The notes below the pieces were generated by a model, which ran no database searches, was not told the DNA's origin, and saw nothing but the letters and a program-made list of their open reading frames with translations. Positions 1 to 9,725 of a stretch of DNA of 64,000 bases are shown in pieces. Source of the DNA: Flavonifractor porci (lineage in GTDB: Bacteria; Bacillota; Clostridia; Oscillospirales; Oscillospiraceae); NCBI RefSeq assembly GCF_037572415.1, contig NZ_JBBHLB010000005.1, positions 150,050 to 214,049 of the forward strand, read 5' to 3'. How positions within the stretch are numbered: position 1 is the first letter of the stretch; every line of letters starts with the position of its first letter. The position numbers and the translations under genes are program-made.

Positions 1-110
1 AACAGGAACCAGCCGGAGATCCCGATGGCCGCAATACAGAGAGCCAGGACGATGTAAAATCCCTTTCCCTCGATAAAGTCGCTGAAATGGTGGTAGAATG
101 ATTTTTTCAT
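1..110 (-). CDS. hypothetical membrane-anchored protein, N-terminal fragment (gene runs off window start)
   Basis: ATG at 110-108 with GGAGGT RBS (revcomp of 121-126). Translation MKKSFYHHFSDFIEGKGFYIVLALCIAAIGISGWFL contains one hydrophobic segment and stays open to the window edge. Confidence 0.5.
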   Translation of the reverse strand, partial: MKKSFYHHFSDFIEGKGFYIVLALCIAAIGISGWFL

Positions 111-197
111 ACGCTTCAGCACCTCCGATCCTTATTTTGGACAGGCCGGAGAGGGCTTATACACATTGCTCGGAAATTTCTGTATTCTAAATGATAA

Positions 198-238
198 CCC
201 CCGCCCCGCAGAGTATATCTGACTCTGCGGGGCGGGGG
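198..238 (-). terminator. terminator hairpin after SLH-protein gene
   Basis: Perfect 17-bp inverted repeat CCCCCGCCCCGCAGAGT / ACTCTGCGGGGCGGGGG located 16 nt downstream of the stop at 254. Confidence 0.6.
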
Positions 239-253
239 TATTTCTTCTGAGGC

Positions 254-2143
254 TTACCGGGCCACGATCACGCGGATCCGGCCGCCGGCGCTCTCGCTCT
301 TGTCGCACCAGCCGGTGAGGGTATAGTCTCCTTCCGTCACCTTGGACAGGCTGGAGAGCAGATACTCGCCCTTATCATAGACGTAAACCACCACCTGCTC
401 GGAAAGAGCATACTGTCTCCGGTCGGTGCCCACGGCAAAGTTCCCGCTGACACTGACGCTGTCCAGCTTCTGCTCATTCAGGCTGTACAGGCGCTCCACA
501 TTGGTATCACTGTCCATCTTGACCTGGCAGGGGCCGGTCTTCAGATTGTAGATTTTGGAGTCGGAGCCAAACACCAGCTCCTTACCGCCCACATCATAAG
601 TATAGGCGGAGGAGATCTGGAAGCCGCCGGTGGGCAGGCTCACATTGACCTCATTCACATCGGTAATGATGCCATACTGGTGCAGATCGCCGGTCACATC
701 GTTGAGGATCAGATGGCTGATCTCCCCGTCGCTGTTGAGGGCATAGTAGCGCACCATGCTGCCGGTCAGTTCCACCCCCGCCAACCGGCTGGGATAGACC
801 CGCACCGGTGTACGGGATTCATAGGTATCAATGATCTGCACATCGTCTGCCAGCACATAGCCGCCCAGCTTGCTGCCGTCGGAACCGACCTTGCCGGTCA
901 GCTTGACGGTGCTCAGCCGCTTCACCTGGACGCTGCTGTCGCCGGTGATGACCTGGACCAGGTCCCCCTCCTCCAGGCTCTTTTCGCTGCACTGGTAGCG
1001 GTAGCTGCTGCCGTCGGTGGCTGCCACCGTCACCGTGCGGGCGGTATAGGAACCGTTATTTCCGTCATCATAGGGCAGGTTTTCCACTTTGGTGATCACA
1101 CCGTAAATCAGCGTGCCTTCGCCGGGCCCCTCACCCAGGGCGGCCACGCCGCCGTTGCGGCCCAGCAGCAAGGTGACCTGATCGCCCACCGCATAGCTGC
1201 CCAGGTCGGACAGCGCATAGGCGGCGGAGGTGGTCTCAATGGCATAGGTTTTGCCCGCCACTGTCACCGAAGTGGGCGCGGAAGCGGAGGGGCTGAGGGC
1301 CTCCAGGGTACCGGTGGCCTTATCTGAGTAAGCCCACACCGTCCGCATGGATTTGGACCAGTAGAGCACGTCCTGGGCCTGTATGCTGCCCAGTGTGGCC
1401 GCCTTGCTGTTGCGGTATACCGTGGCAGCGGAGGCATTAAAGGGCAGGGCACCCTGCCAGTTGGCGGAGGCCACCACCGGCCCCTCCATGGCAGAGTTGA
1501 TGAGAGCCACCCGGTCCAGTTCGCCGGCCGCATTCACCAGATTCAAGGTGGGTTCCAGCACATTCAGGTGGTAGACCCCCTCCTTGTTCTTGGTAATCAT
1601 CAGATTGTAAAACAGGTACAGGGCGTCCCGCCGGGTCATGTTCTCACTCTGAGCGCAATTTACGCCCTCGTCCAGATCCAGGGCCCGGTACTGAGCCATC
1701 TGACCGGCGGGCCAAACCCCGGTAAAGTCGCTGTCGGTATAGCCCAGCAGCCGCAGTACCATAGTGACCCCTTCCGCCAGGGTGATCTTCCGGTCTGGGT
1801 TGAAGTTGCCATACAGATCTCCCTGAACCAGGCCCAGGTCCACAGCGGCTTTCACATAGGGAGCCGCCCAGTGGGTCTGGGGCACGTCCGGATAGGGCTT
1901 GACAGCCACCGTATCCCCTACCGTATCCCGGCTGGTGGAGGCAGCCACTGTCATTTTGGTGAATTCCGCCCGGGTGATGGTGCGGTCCAGAGCCAGATCA
2001 CCATTTTCGTCTCCTACCATAATGTCCAGCGCGGCCAGTACCTGGGCAGCCTCCTCCTCGGCCGGAGGGGCCGCCAGCGCCGCAGGAGCCAGTCCCAATA
2101 CCAAAACCAGGGCCAGCAGTCCGGATAACAGTCTATGTTTCAT
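254..2143 (-). CDS. SLH-domain cell-surface protein
   Basis: 629-aa ORF with AAGGAG RBS. Signal peptide MKHRLLSGLLALVLVLGLAPAALA. N-terminal SLH-like repeats (ITRAEFTKMTVAA, HWAAPYVKAAVDLGLVQGD, ITLAEGVTMVLRLLGY). The remainder is uncharacterised. Confidence 0.8.
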   Translation of the reverse strand: MKHRLLSGLLALVLVLGLAPAALAAPPAEEEAAQVLAALDIMVGDENGDLALDRTITRAEFTKMTVAASTSRDTVGDTVAVKPYPDVPQTHWAAPYVKAAVDLGLVQGDLYGNFNPDRKITLAEGVTMVLRLLGYTDSDFTGVWPAGQMAQYRALDLDEGVNCAQSENMTRRDALYLFYNLMITKNKEGVYHLNVLEPTLNLVNAAGELDRVALINSAMEGPVVASANWQGALPFNASAATVYRNSKAATLGSIQAQDVLYWSKSMRTVWAYSDKATGTLEALSPSASAPTSVTVAGKTYAIETTSAAYALSDLGSYAVGDQVTLLLGRNGGVAALGEGPGEGTLIYGVITKVENLPYDDGNNGSYTARTVTVAATDGSSYRYQCSEKSLEEGDLVQVITGDSSVQVKRLSTVKLTGKVGSDGSKLGGYVLADDVQIIDTYESRTPVRVYPSRLAGVELTGSMVRYYALNSDGEISHLILNDVTGDLHQYGIITDVNEVNVSLPTGGFQISSAYTYDVGGKELVFGSDSKIYNLKTGPCQVKMDSDTNVERLYSLNEQKLDSVSVSGNFAVGTDRRQYALSEQVVVYVYDKGEYLLSSLSKVTEGDYTLTGWCDKSESAGGRIRVIVAR

Positions 2144-2231
2144 CTTTTTTCTCCTTCCTACGGAAACGGGCCTTCGTTACCGTAAGTATATACCCCCTGA
2201 AGGCAGGAGGCAAGAGGTTCATCCCCAAGCG

Positions 2232-3458
2232 TCAATCGTATCGCAGCGCATCGATGGGGTTCAGTTTGGCCGCCTTGTTGGCAGGCAGGTAGCCGAACAG
2301 GACGCCGATGCCCACCGATACGCCAAAAGATACCAGGATGCCGCTGAGATTGGGAATGGCGGCAAAGCCCTCGGCGTCGCTCATCACCGCCCCCACTATC
2401 ACAGTAAACAGATTGGCCAGCAGGATACCCAATAGGATGCCGATTACGCCGCCGATGGCGGAGGTGGTACCTGCCTCAATGATAAACTGGCTGCGGATGT
2501 CCCGGCCCTTGGCACCCAGAGATTTTCGAATGCCGATCTCCCGGGTGCGCTCGGTCACCGATACCAGCATAATATTCATAATGCCGATGCCGCCTACCAC
2601 CAGGGAAATCGCGGCGATGACCACCAGAATGGTCATGAGCACGCCCAGCATGGAGTCCATCATTTCCATCATTTCCGCCGAGGTCATAACGAGATAGGCG
2701 CTGCTGTCCCCATAGATCCGAAAGAGCATATTCTCAATAACGCCCTTGGCGGCGGAGGAGGTATCCTTGCTGGTGCTGGTGACCAGATAAGAATTCATTC
2801 CAATGCCGCCGCTGGCGGCATTGATTTGCTCCACCAGCCCGTAAGGCAGATAGATCTGATCATCGCCGCTGCCCTCGGTGGAATCCGCCTTCTGGGCCAG
2901 CGTACCAATGACAGTATAGGGTACGCCCCCTATGGTCAGTGTCTGTCCCAGGCCCTGACCTCCAAACATATCCTCATTGAGGTAGCTGCCGATCACACAC
3001 ACCTTTTGATTCTTTTCCACATCCACATAGCTGAGAAAGCGCCCCTCCTTCAGCTTGTCACCGGTGGCCGTCTGACCCTTCTGGCTGTTGTACATGGTTT
3101 CACTGACGCCGTAGACTTTGGTGCGCTCATACTCCTGTGCGCCCTGCCGGACAATGGTGGTGGCGCTGAGATAGGGGCTCACCGAATCGATGTACTGTGG
3201 GTATTTCTCTGCCAGTGTGTAAAAATCATCCGGCCCGGCTTCCCGGTTTCCACCGTAGGAATAGATCCCCACCTGGATCATATTGACGCCGACCTGCTCA
3301 AACTGGCTGTTCATGTACTGCTGCATCCCATTGCCCAGGGAGACAATGACGATGACTGCCGCCACGCCGATGATGATACCCAGCATGGTAAGCAGCGCCC
3401 GCACCTTACTGGTCATTAGGCTTTTGATGGCCAACCGGAAGGATTGCCCTATCTTCAT
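2232..3458 (-). CDS. ABC transporter permease, MacB/FtsX family
   Basis: 408 aa with an N-terminal TM, a large extracytoplasmic loop and a C-terminal FtsX-like 3-TM bundle (SLGAKGRDIRSQFIIEA motif). The 4-nt overlap with the upstream ATPase gene is typical of an operon. Confidence 0.9.
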   Translation of the reverse strand: MKIGQSFRLAIKSLMTSKVRALLTMLGIIIGVAAVIVIVSLGNGMQQYMNSQFEQVGVNMIQVGIYSYGGNREAGPDDFYTLAEKYPQYIDSVSPYLSATTIVRQGAQEYERTKVYGVSETMYNSQKGQTATGDKLKEGRFLSYVDVEKNQKVCVIGSYLNEDMFGGQGLGQTLTIGGVPYTVIGTLAQKADSTEGSGDDQIYLPYGLVEQINAASGGIGMNSYLVTSTSKDTSSAAKGVIENMLFRIYGDSSAYLVMTSAEMMEMMDSMLGVLMTILVVIAAISLVVGGIGIMNIMLVSVTERTREIGIRKSLGAKGRDIRSQFIIEAGTTSAIGGVIGILLGILLANLFTVIVGAVMSDAEGFAAIPNLSGILVSFGVSVGIGVLFGYLPANKAAKLNPIDALRYD

Positions 3459-4210
3459 AGATTCAGCACCTCCCTGGCTCCGCCGAGCTCCTCCTCCAGC
3501 TCGGGCTGGACCACGGCTTTAGGATCACGAGCGTCTCCGTCATAGATGATCCGGCCGTCCTGAAGGCGGACAATACGTTTGGCCCTTACTGCAATAGAGT
3601 TATCATGGGTGATGAGGACCACGGTATCTCCCTCGGCGTTCAGTTTCTGAAGGAAGCCCAACACCTCCCGGCCGGTACGGGAATCCAGCGCGCCGGTGGG
3701 CTCGTCGGCCAGGATCACCGAGGGATTTCCCGCCAGAGCACGGGCAATGGAGACCCGCTGCTGCTGACCGCCGGAGAGCTGGCTGGGCAGGTTTTTCCGT
3801 TTATCCACCAGCCCTACCCGCTCCAGAGCCTGGAGGGCCCGCTCCCGGCGCTCGCTGCCAGGTACGCCGGCATACAGCAGAGGCAGCTCCACATTTTCCA
3901 GTACATTGAGCTTGGGTATGAGGTTATACTGCTGGAAGATAAAGCCCAGCATCTTGTTGCGGATCTCGGCCTGCTGGTCATCGTCCATGGTGGACACATC
4001 CACCCCGCCCAAATGATAGGTGCCGGAGGTGGGCACATCCAGGCAGCCGATGATATTCATAGCGGTAGACTTGCCGGAGCCGGACTGACCCACGATGGCC
4101 ACAAATTCCCCCTGATCCACCGTCAGGGAGACGCCGTCCAGGGCGTGGACGGTCTCCTCCCCCATCTGGTAGATTTTATAGACGTCTTTGAGTTCAATGA
4201 GGTGTTCCAT
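3455..4210 (-). CDS. ABC transporter ATP-binding protein (MacB-type ATPase)
   Basis: Walker [10 protein letters not shown], signature [15 protein letters not shown] and Walker [12 protein letters not shown]. Confidence 0.95.
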   Translation of the reverse strand: MEHLIELKDVYKIYQMGEETVHALDGVSLTVDQGEFVAIVGQSGSGKSTAMNIIGCLDVPTSGTYHLGGVDVSTMDDDQQAEIRNKMLGFIFQQYNLIPKLNVLENVELPLLYAGVPGSERRERALQALERVGLVDKRKNLPSQLSGGQQQRVSIARALAGNPSVILADEPTGALDSRTGREVLGFLQKLNAEGDTVVLITHDNSIAVRAKRIVRLQDGRIIYDGDARDPKAVVQPELEEELGGAREVLNL

Positions 4211-4213
4211 GGC

Positions 4214-5878
4214 TTAACCCATCCCCATCATAGCTTCCATCATATTGGACCCCTGGGGACTGGGGGCCAGGATCACTTCCCCCGCCTCCAGACCGTCCAC
4301 GATCTCGATGTAGCTGTCGTCGTTGCGGCCCAGGGTGACCTGCCGTGCCTCCGCGGCGGTGATGTCCACCACGTTTCCTTTTTCATCCAGGCACTCAGGG
4401 GTAGCCACCAAAACAGTGTTCCCCCGCTCCACAGCTTCCACCGGAAGGACAAGCACATTGCCCACCTCTTCCACAATGATCTTGGCGGAGACGTTCATAC
4501 CGGGATACAGCTCTTCAGGGGAGCCGTCCACCAGAACCGTGACCGGATAGCTGGTGTGTCCGCTGGCGGTGGTGCCGTTGATGTTGATCTTATCCACCAC
4601 GCCGGTGAAGCTCTGCCCATCCAGGGCGTCGGCGGTGATCTCCACCTTCTGACCCACCTGGATCTGGCTGATATCCTGCTCGTCGATATCCATCTCAAAG
4701 GTGAGCTGGGAACGGTCATAGATCACGGCGGGATAGGTCACGGTCGTACCGGAGTTTGACATTCCGCTGATGTTATCTCCCACATCCAGATTCTTTTCAA
4801 TGACCTGGCCGTCAATGGTAGAAGTAATAGTATAGTCATCCAGCTTCTCCTGGGCATTTTTCAGGGAGAGCTGAGCATTTTCCAGAGCGATCCTGGCATT
4901 CTCGATCTGGGTGTCCAGATCCGCTTCGGCAATCACGCCGATGACCTGCCCCGCACTGACACGGTCCCCCTCTTTCACATGGAGCACATCCAGGTCGCCG
5001 GAGGCCTTGGCCGTGATCTGAGCGGAGGCGGCATAGGTAAAGTTGGAACTGGCCGCGCAGGCTGCGCCGCCAATGGAGGCGGTACCCTGGCTGGTCTCAG
5101 ACAGCACACCCGGGTTGTTGACCTGAATGGTTACCTGGCGCACCAAAGTGCCGCCCGCTCCCACCTCATCGGTGGCGGCGATCTCAGCCACTGTACCGGT
5201 CAGGGTGGAACCGGTGCCGTTCACTGTCACCGTGGCGGTCTGTCCCACATAGAAGCCGGCGGCGTCCGCCCCATGGAAGGGTACCTTCAGCTTCATGTGA
5301 TCCCGGTCCAACACATCGGCGATCACAGTGCCCGCCGTAACAGTGTCCCCCTGCTCCACGTGCAGCTCGGTGATGACTCCGGCGTCCTTGGCGGTGATGT
5401 TCCGATCCTTCTGGTTGTCGCTCCGGGTCTTGAGCAAATCATCCAGGGCCAGCTGGGCCGAACGGACATTGAGGTGGAGCTGCTCAATGTTGTTTTCCAC
5501 ATCCTTGGCGTCGATGCGGAAAAGTACGGCGCCCTTATGTACCGTCTGACCTTCCTCAAAGGGAGCCTCCAGGATCTCGCCGCTGACCAGGGTAGTTACC
5601 TTGTAGGACTGGATGGGCTCAATGGTGCCGGTACCCGACACGGACACCGTCATATTCTGCATGGAGGCCGTGTAAGGCAGATAGGCGCTGCTGATGATCT
5701 GTTTGCCCGCACCCATACAGCGGGAGAGCATAAAGACAATGATCGCCGCGATCACCGCCAGAACGATCACCCGCTTGACCCACTTGCGCTTCTTTTTGGG
5801 CGCCTTGAACTCCGGGAGCTTCTTCTGCTCCTCCTTCGGCGCCACTGTGGTTTCCGATTTTACTTGGGTTGCTTCCAT
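4214..5878 (-). CDS. efflux transporter periplasmic adaptor (HlyD/MacA family)
   Basis: 554 aa with an N-terminal TM anchor and coiled-coil plus barrel-sandwich pattern. It sits directly upstream of the MacB-type ATPase/permease pair. Confidence 0.85.
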   Translation of the reverse strand: MEATQVKSETTVAPKEEQKKLPEFKAPKKKRKWVKRVIVLAVIAAIIVFMLSRCMGAGKQIISSAYLPYTASMQNMTVSVSGTGTIEPIQSYKVTTLVSGEILEAPFEEGQTVHKGAVLFRIDAKDVENNIEQLHLNVRSAQLALDDLLKTRSDNQKDRNITAKDAGVITELHVEQGDTVTAGTVIADVLDRDHMKLKVPFHGADAAGFYVGQTATVTVNGTGSTLTGTVAEIAATDEVGAGGTLVRQVTIQVNNPGVLSETSQGTASIGGAACAASSNFTYAASAQITAKASGDLDVLHVKEGDRVSAGQVIGVIAEADLDTQIENARIALENAQLSLKNAQEKLDDYTITSTIDGQVIEKNLDVGDNISGMSNSGTTVTYPAVIYDRSQLTFEMDIDEQDISQIQVGQKVEITADALDGQSFTGVVDKININGTTASGHTSYPVTVLVDGSPEELYPGMNVSAKIIVEEVGNVLVLPVEAVERGNTVLVATPECLDEKGNVVDITAAEARQVTLGRNDDSYIEIVDGLEAGEVILAPSPQGSNMMEAMMGMG

Positions 5879-5893
5879 GGTCGTTTCTCCTTT

Positions 5894-6511
5894 TCATTGC
5901 TGTCCCCAGCCGGGCGCGGCCTCTTTGGCCGCCACACCTCGCTGTAAGATCCCCAGAATACGGATCAGCCTGGCTCTGGCCTGCTCCACACCACCATCCT
6001 GCGCTGCTGTCAGCATGGTCCCCGCTACCGCGGAGATCAGCAGATGAAACAGATCTGGCAGATCGGTCTCGCTGCGCAGATCCAGCCGGGACAGCTCGAT
6101 CTTGTCCCGCAGGCGGTCCACAATGGCGCAGGGCCCCTGTCGACTGAGGATGAGTCCCGGCTGGAGCCGCTGATTACGGCGGAGTATCCCCGCCATCTCC
6201 CGGAAGTTGTCGCTGTTCCGGTTGGCCTGCAAATAGTCAAACAGGTCCAGAAAGGCCTGAAACAAATCGCCCCCATCCCGGTCCAGCCATTCCTCCACCT
6301 GTTCCACCAACTGCTGGCCATAGGACTCCATGAGATAGTGGAACAGGTCCTCCTTATCGGTAAAGTACATATAGAAGCTGCCCCTTGGAATACCCGCATC
6401 CCGGATTATCCGGTTGATGGAGGCATCCTCATAGGGCACCCGAACAAATTCCGCCCGGGCCGCCGCCAGCAGCCGCTCCCGTTTTTCTGCCGGCAGATGG
6501 AAAAAAGTCAT
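5894..6511 (-). CDS. TetR/AcrR family transcriptional regulator
   Basis: N-terminal HTH region AEKRERLLAAARAEFVRVPYEDASINRIIRDAGIPRGSFYMYF. The ATG at 6511 is preferred over the track TTG at 6544. First gene of the efflux operon. Confidence 0.85.
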   Translation of the reverse strand: MTFFHLPAEKRERLLAAARAEFVRVPYEDASINRIIRDAGIPRGSFYMYFTDKEDLFHYLMESYGQQLVEQVEEWLDRDGGDLFQAFLDLFDYLQANRNSDNFREMAGILRRNQRLQPGLILSRQGPCAIVDRLRDKIELSRLDLRSETDLPDLFHLLISAVAGTMLTAAQDGGVEQARARLIRILGILQRGVAAKEAAPGWGQQ

Positions 6512-6538
6512 ACTTGGCACAGTGGTTCCCTCCAGACC

Positions 6539-6585
6539 TGACAACCTGTCGCATTATCTTAATCCGACAACCTGTCATATGTCAA
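6539..6585 (-). promoter_or_regulatory. candidate promoter with two TetR-type operator repeats
   Basis: Minus strand reads TTGACA (6585-6580), 18 nt, TAAGAT (6561-6556). The motif GACAACCTGTC (GACA/TGTC arms) occurs twice on the plus strand, at 6539-6549 and 6566-6576. One copy lies between -35 and -10 and the other just downstream of -10. Confidence 0.55.
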
Positions 6586-6724
6586 CAGGGCGGGAACAGA
6601 ATTCACAATTTGTTCCCAACCACTTCGCTGGATAGCATAACAGACCCGTCTCAAATCTTCCATAAAAAAAGGATGAAATTTTTCTAAAAAATCACAACCG
6701 ATGGCAGCCCTTCCATTTTTCATG

Positions 6725-6757
6725 CAAAAGGGGCGCTGCACAGCAGCGCCCCTTTGA
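6725..6757 (-). terminator. intrinsic terminator after ackA
   Basis: GGGGCGCTG / CAGCGCCCC stem flanked by A/T runs, about 20 nt after the ackA stop. Confidence 0.75.
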
Positions 6758-6775
6758 AAAGATGCTTTGTTTTTC

Positions 6776-7972
6776 TTACTTGCCCACGATGGCGGCAGTA
6801 TCCATGGCGATCATAAGCTCCTCATCGGTGGGGATGAGCAGGACCTTTACCTTGGAATCGGCGGCGGAAATAACCTTCTCCTTGCCCCGGACATTGTTGG
6901 CCTCGGCGTCCATCTTTACGCCCATGAACTCCAGACCGGAAGCAGCAGCCATACGGGTGTTGGCATCGTTCTCGCCCACGCCGGCGGTGAACACGATGGC
7001 GTCCACACCGCCCATAGCGGCGGCATAGGCGCCGATGAGCTTCTTCACGCCGTACTGGAAGGCCTCCAGAGCCAGAGCAGCCTGCTGGTTTCCGTCATTG
7101 GCAGCATTTTCAACATCGCGGAAGTCGGAGGACACGCCAGAGATACCCAGCACGCCGGACTTCTTGTTGAGGACATTCATCATTTCCTTCATGTCCCAGC
7201 CATATTTGTTCATCAGGTACTCCATGATGCCGGCGTCCAGATCACCGGAGCGGGTGCCCATGGGCAGACCGGCCAGGGGGGTGAAGCCCATGGAGGTGTC
7301 CACGCTCTTGCCACAGTCCACAGCGGCCACGGAAGAGCCGTTGCCCAGGTGGCAGGTGATGATCTTCAGCTCCTCAATGGGCTTGCCCAGCATAGCGGCG
7401 GCACGCTGAGACACATAGCGGTGAGAGGTGCCGTGGAAACCATAGCGGCGGACCTTGTCTTTCTCATAGTACTCGTAGGGCAGAGCATAGATGTAGCTCT
7501 TGGCGGGCATGGTCTGATGGAAAGCGGTGTCAAACACGCCCACCATGGGCACGCCGGGCATGACCTGCTCACAGGCCTTGATACCGGTGATGTTGGCGGG
7601 GTTGTGGAGCGGGGCCAGGGGGATGCACTCCTCCAGAGCGGCCATGACCTCATCGGTGATGCGCACGGAGCCGGCGAACTTCTCGCCGCCGTGGACCACG
7701 CGGTGACCCACAGCATCGATCTCAGAGGCGCTCTTGATCACACCGTGCTCGCTGGAGAGCAGAGCGTCCAGCACAGCCTGAATGGCCTCGGCATGGGTGG
7801 GCATGGGGATCTCAAACTCATACTTGGCGTCCTTGGCGGGGACCTTGTGGGTCAGGCGGCCGTCGATGCCGATGCGCTCACACAGACCTTTGGCCAGCAC
7901 CTCTCGGGTGCCGGGGTCCATGAGCTGATACTTGAGGGAAGAGCTGCCAGCGTTGATGACCAGAACTTTCAT
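6776..7972 (-). CDS. ackA: acetate kinase
   Basis: [18 protein letters not shown]-terminus. The internal ATG at 7972 has a GGAG RBS, and the track extension to 8050 is non-homologous. Full-length AckA motifs are present, including HLGNGSS. Confidence 0.95.
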   Translation of the reverse strand: MKVLVINAGSSSLKYQLMDPGTREVLAKGLCERIGIDGRLTHKVPAKDAKYEFEIPMPTHAEAIQAVLDALLSSEHGVIKSASEIDAVGHRVVHGGEKFAGSVRITDEVMAALEECIPLAPLHNPANITGIKACEQVMPGVPMVGVFDTAFHQTMPAKSYIYALPYEYYEKDKVRRYGFHGTSHRYVSQRAAAMLGKPIEELKIITCHLGNGSSVAAVDCGKSVDTSMGFTPLAGLPMGTRSGDLDAGIMEYLMNKYGWDMKEMMNVLNKKSGVLGISGVSSDFRDVENAANDGNQQAALALEAFQYGVKKLIGAYAAAMGGVDAIVFTAGVGENDANTRMAAASGLEFMGVKMDAEANNVRGKEKVISAADSKVKVLLIPTDEELMIAMDTAAIVGK

Positions 7973-8143
7973 CGTTCCATCTCTCCTTACTTTTCCTGAT
8001 AAACTATGGCTTGAGAGCCAGGCGTTCCCGTAGTACAATAACAGAAACATATCGGTTTTATTTTATCCCTTTTTGACACAAAGAACAACCCACATTTTTA
8101 CTGAAAGGGAGAAAAATTTTACTCTTGTTCTGGAGGAAAAGCC

Positions 8144-9310
8144 ATGAGGGCCGTCGGCATCGTTGCGGAATACAATCCATTCCATCTGGGTCACGCCTGG
8201 CACATCGCCCACACTCGCCGCCTGTTGGGGGAGGACCGTCCCGTGGTGTGCGTTATGAGTGGCCACTGGGTCCAGGGGGCGGACTGCGCCGTTACGGACA
8301 AGTGGACCCGGGCGGAGTTTGCCCTGAAGGGGGGCGCCGATCTGATTTTGGAACTTCCCACCCCCTGGGCCATGTCTTCGGCTGAGACCTTTGCCCGTGG
8401 GGCGGTATCTATTCTTGCCGCTACCGGGGTGGTGGATACTCTCTCCTTCGGCAGCGAGTGCGGCAGCACTGATGAACTGCGCCATGCGGCGGAGGCTCTG
8501 GATTCCCCAGACTATCCGGCCAGACTGCGGGCTGCTCTGGACAGAGGGTTGTCCTTTCCAGCCGCCCGGCAGGAGGCTGCAAATTGTTCCTGCCTGTCCA
8601 CCCCCAACAACAACCTGGGGGTGGAGTACCTGCGGGCGCTCCGCCATCTGAACGCCTCCATGGAGGTGGTGACGATATCCCGCCGGGGGGCGGAGCACAA
8701 CGGAAGCCAGACGGTGGAGGGTTTTGCTTCCGCCACCCAGATCCGCCGGCTGCTGCGGGCGGGGCGGTACCAAGACGCCGCCCCGCTGGTCCCCGCAGGC
8801 ACCCTGGAGCAGCTTGGGGCAGCCTCCTCCCTGTCCCATATCGAGCGGGCCATTTTGGCCAAACTGCGCACCATGGATGCTGAACAGTGGCGCATCCTAC
8901 CTGACAGCGGCGCGGCGGAGGGCCTTCCGGAACGGCTGATCCACGCCGCCCGACAGGCTTTCTCCCTGGATGAATTCTATTCCCTGGCCAAGACCAAACG
9001 GTACACCCATGCCCGGCTGCGGCGGCTGGCTCTGTCCGCCTTTTTGGATCTAACGACAGACCGCCCTGTCCTCCCCCCTTACGTCCGGGTGCTGGGGTTC
9101 AATGGCCAGGGGCAGGTGTTGCTGAAGGACATGAAAAAACGCTGCACTCTGCCCATGCTCACCAAGCCCGCCCATGCCAAAATCCTTACCGGCCCCGCCC
9201 GGCAGCTCTTTGAGGCGGAGGTCCGGTACACTGACCTATATGGGCTGTGCTTCTCCACCCCAAAGCCCTGTGGGCTGGAATGGACCTCCACCCCAGTCAT
9301 CATGAAATAA
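8144..9310 (+). CDS. tmcAL: tRNA(Met) cytidine acetate ligase (YlbM/TmcAL family nucleotidyltransferase)
   Basis: N-terminus GIVAEYNPFHLGHAWHI (HxGH nucleotidyltransferase motif); 388 aa, the size typical of the family. Confidence 0.85.
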   Translation: MRAVGIVAEYNPFHLGHAWHIAHTRRLLGEDRPVVCVMSGHWVQGADCAVTDKWTRAEFALKGGADLILELPTPWAMSSAETFARGAVSILAATGVVDTLSFGSECGSTDELRHAAEALDSPDYPARLRAALDRGLSFPAARQEAANCSCLSTPNNNLGVEYLRALRHLNASMEVVTISRRGAEHNGSQTVEGFASATQIRRLLRAGRYQDAAPLVPAGTLEQLGAASSLSHIERAILAKLRTMDAEQWRILPDSGAAEGLPERLIHAARQAFSLDEFYSLAKTKRYTHARLRRLALSAFLDLTTDRPVLPPYVRVLGFNGQGQVLLKDMKKRCTLPMLTKPAHAKILTGPARQLFEAEVRYTDLYGLCFSTPKPCGLEWTSTPVIMK

Positions 9311-9345
9311 AAAAGTGTCGCGGGAATTCCCGCGACACTTTTTTA
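9310..9345. terminator. bidirectional intrinsic terminator (tmcAL / rsfS convergent)
   Basis: AAAAAGTGTCGCGGG-AATT-CCCGCGACACTTTTT. Confidence 0.85.
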
Positions 9346-9350
9346 TTGCT

Positions 9351-9713
9351 TTAGTTTTCAGTGAGCACACCGGACAGATCCACGGGGGTAGCATCGCTCC
9401 ACAGGCGCTCCAGATCGTAGAACTCTCTGGCCTCCTCATTGAAGATGTGGACCACCACGGAGGAGAAATCCAGCAGGATCCAGATGCCGCCCCGGTGGCC
9501 CTCCACATGGTGGGGGGGCTCGCCGGCATCCTTCAGCTCCTTCTCACAGACATCGGCCAGGGCCTTGATCTGAGTGGTGGAGGTAGCGGAACACAGCACA
9601 AAATAGTCGGCCAGAGTGGTCAGATGACCGGTCTCCAGTACCTTGATATCCAGGCCCTTCTTGCTGTCCAGAGCTTTGGCGGCCAGCAGGGCAATTTCCT
9701 TGGGTGTTAACAT
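9351..9713 (-). CDS. rsfS: ribosome silencing factor
   Basis: 120 aa with motifs LADYFVLCSATSTTQIKALAD and WILLDFSSVVVHIF, in the conserved nadD-yqeK-rsfS neighbourhood. Confidence 0.9.
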   Translation of the reverse strand: MLTPKEIALLAAKALDSKKGLDIKVLETGHLTTLADYFVLCSATSTTQIKALADVCEKELKDAGEPPHHVEGHRGGIWILLDFSSVVVHIFNEEAREFYDLERLWSDATPVDLSGVLTEN

Positions 9714-9725
9714 AAAATCTCTCCT

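Noticed and set aside
6767-8839. 410-aa plus-strand ORF over ackA and 258-aa minus-strand ORF over tmcAL
   Set aside because: Both are shadow ORFs opposite strongly supported genes.
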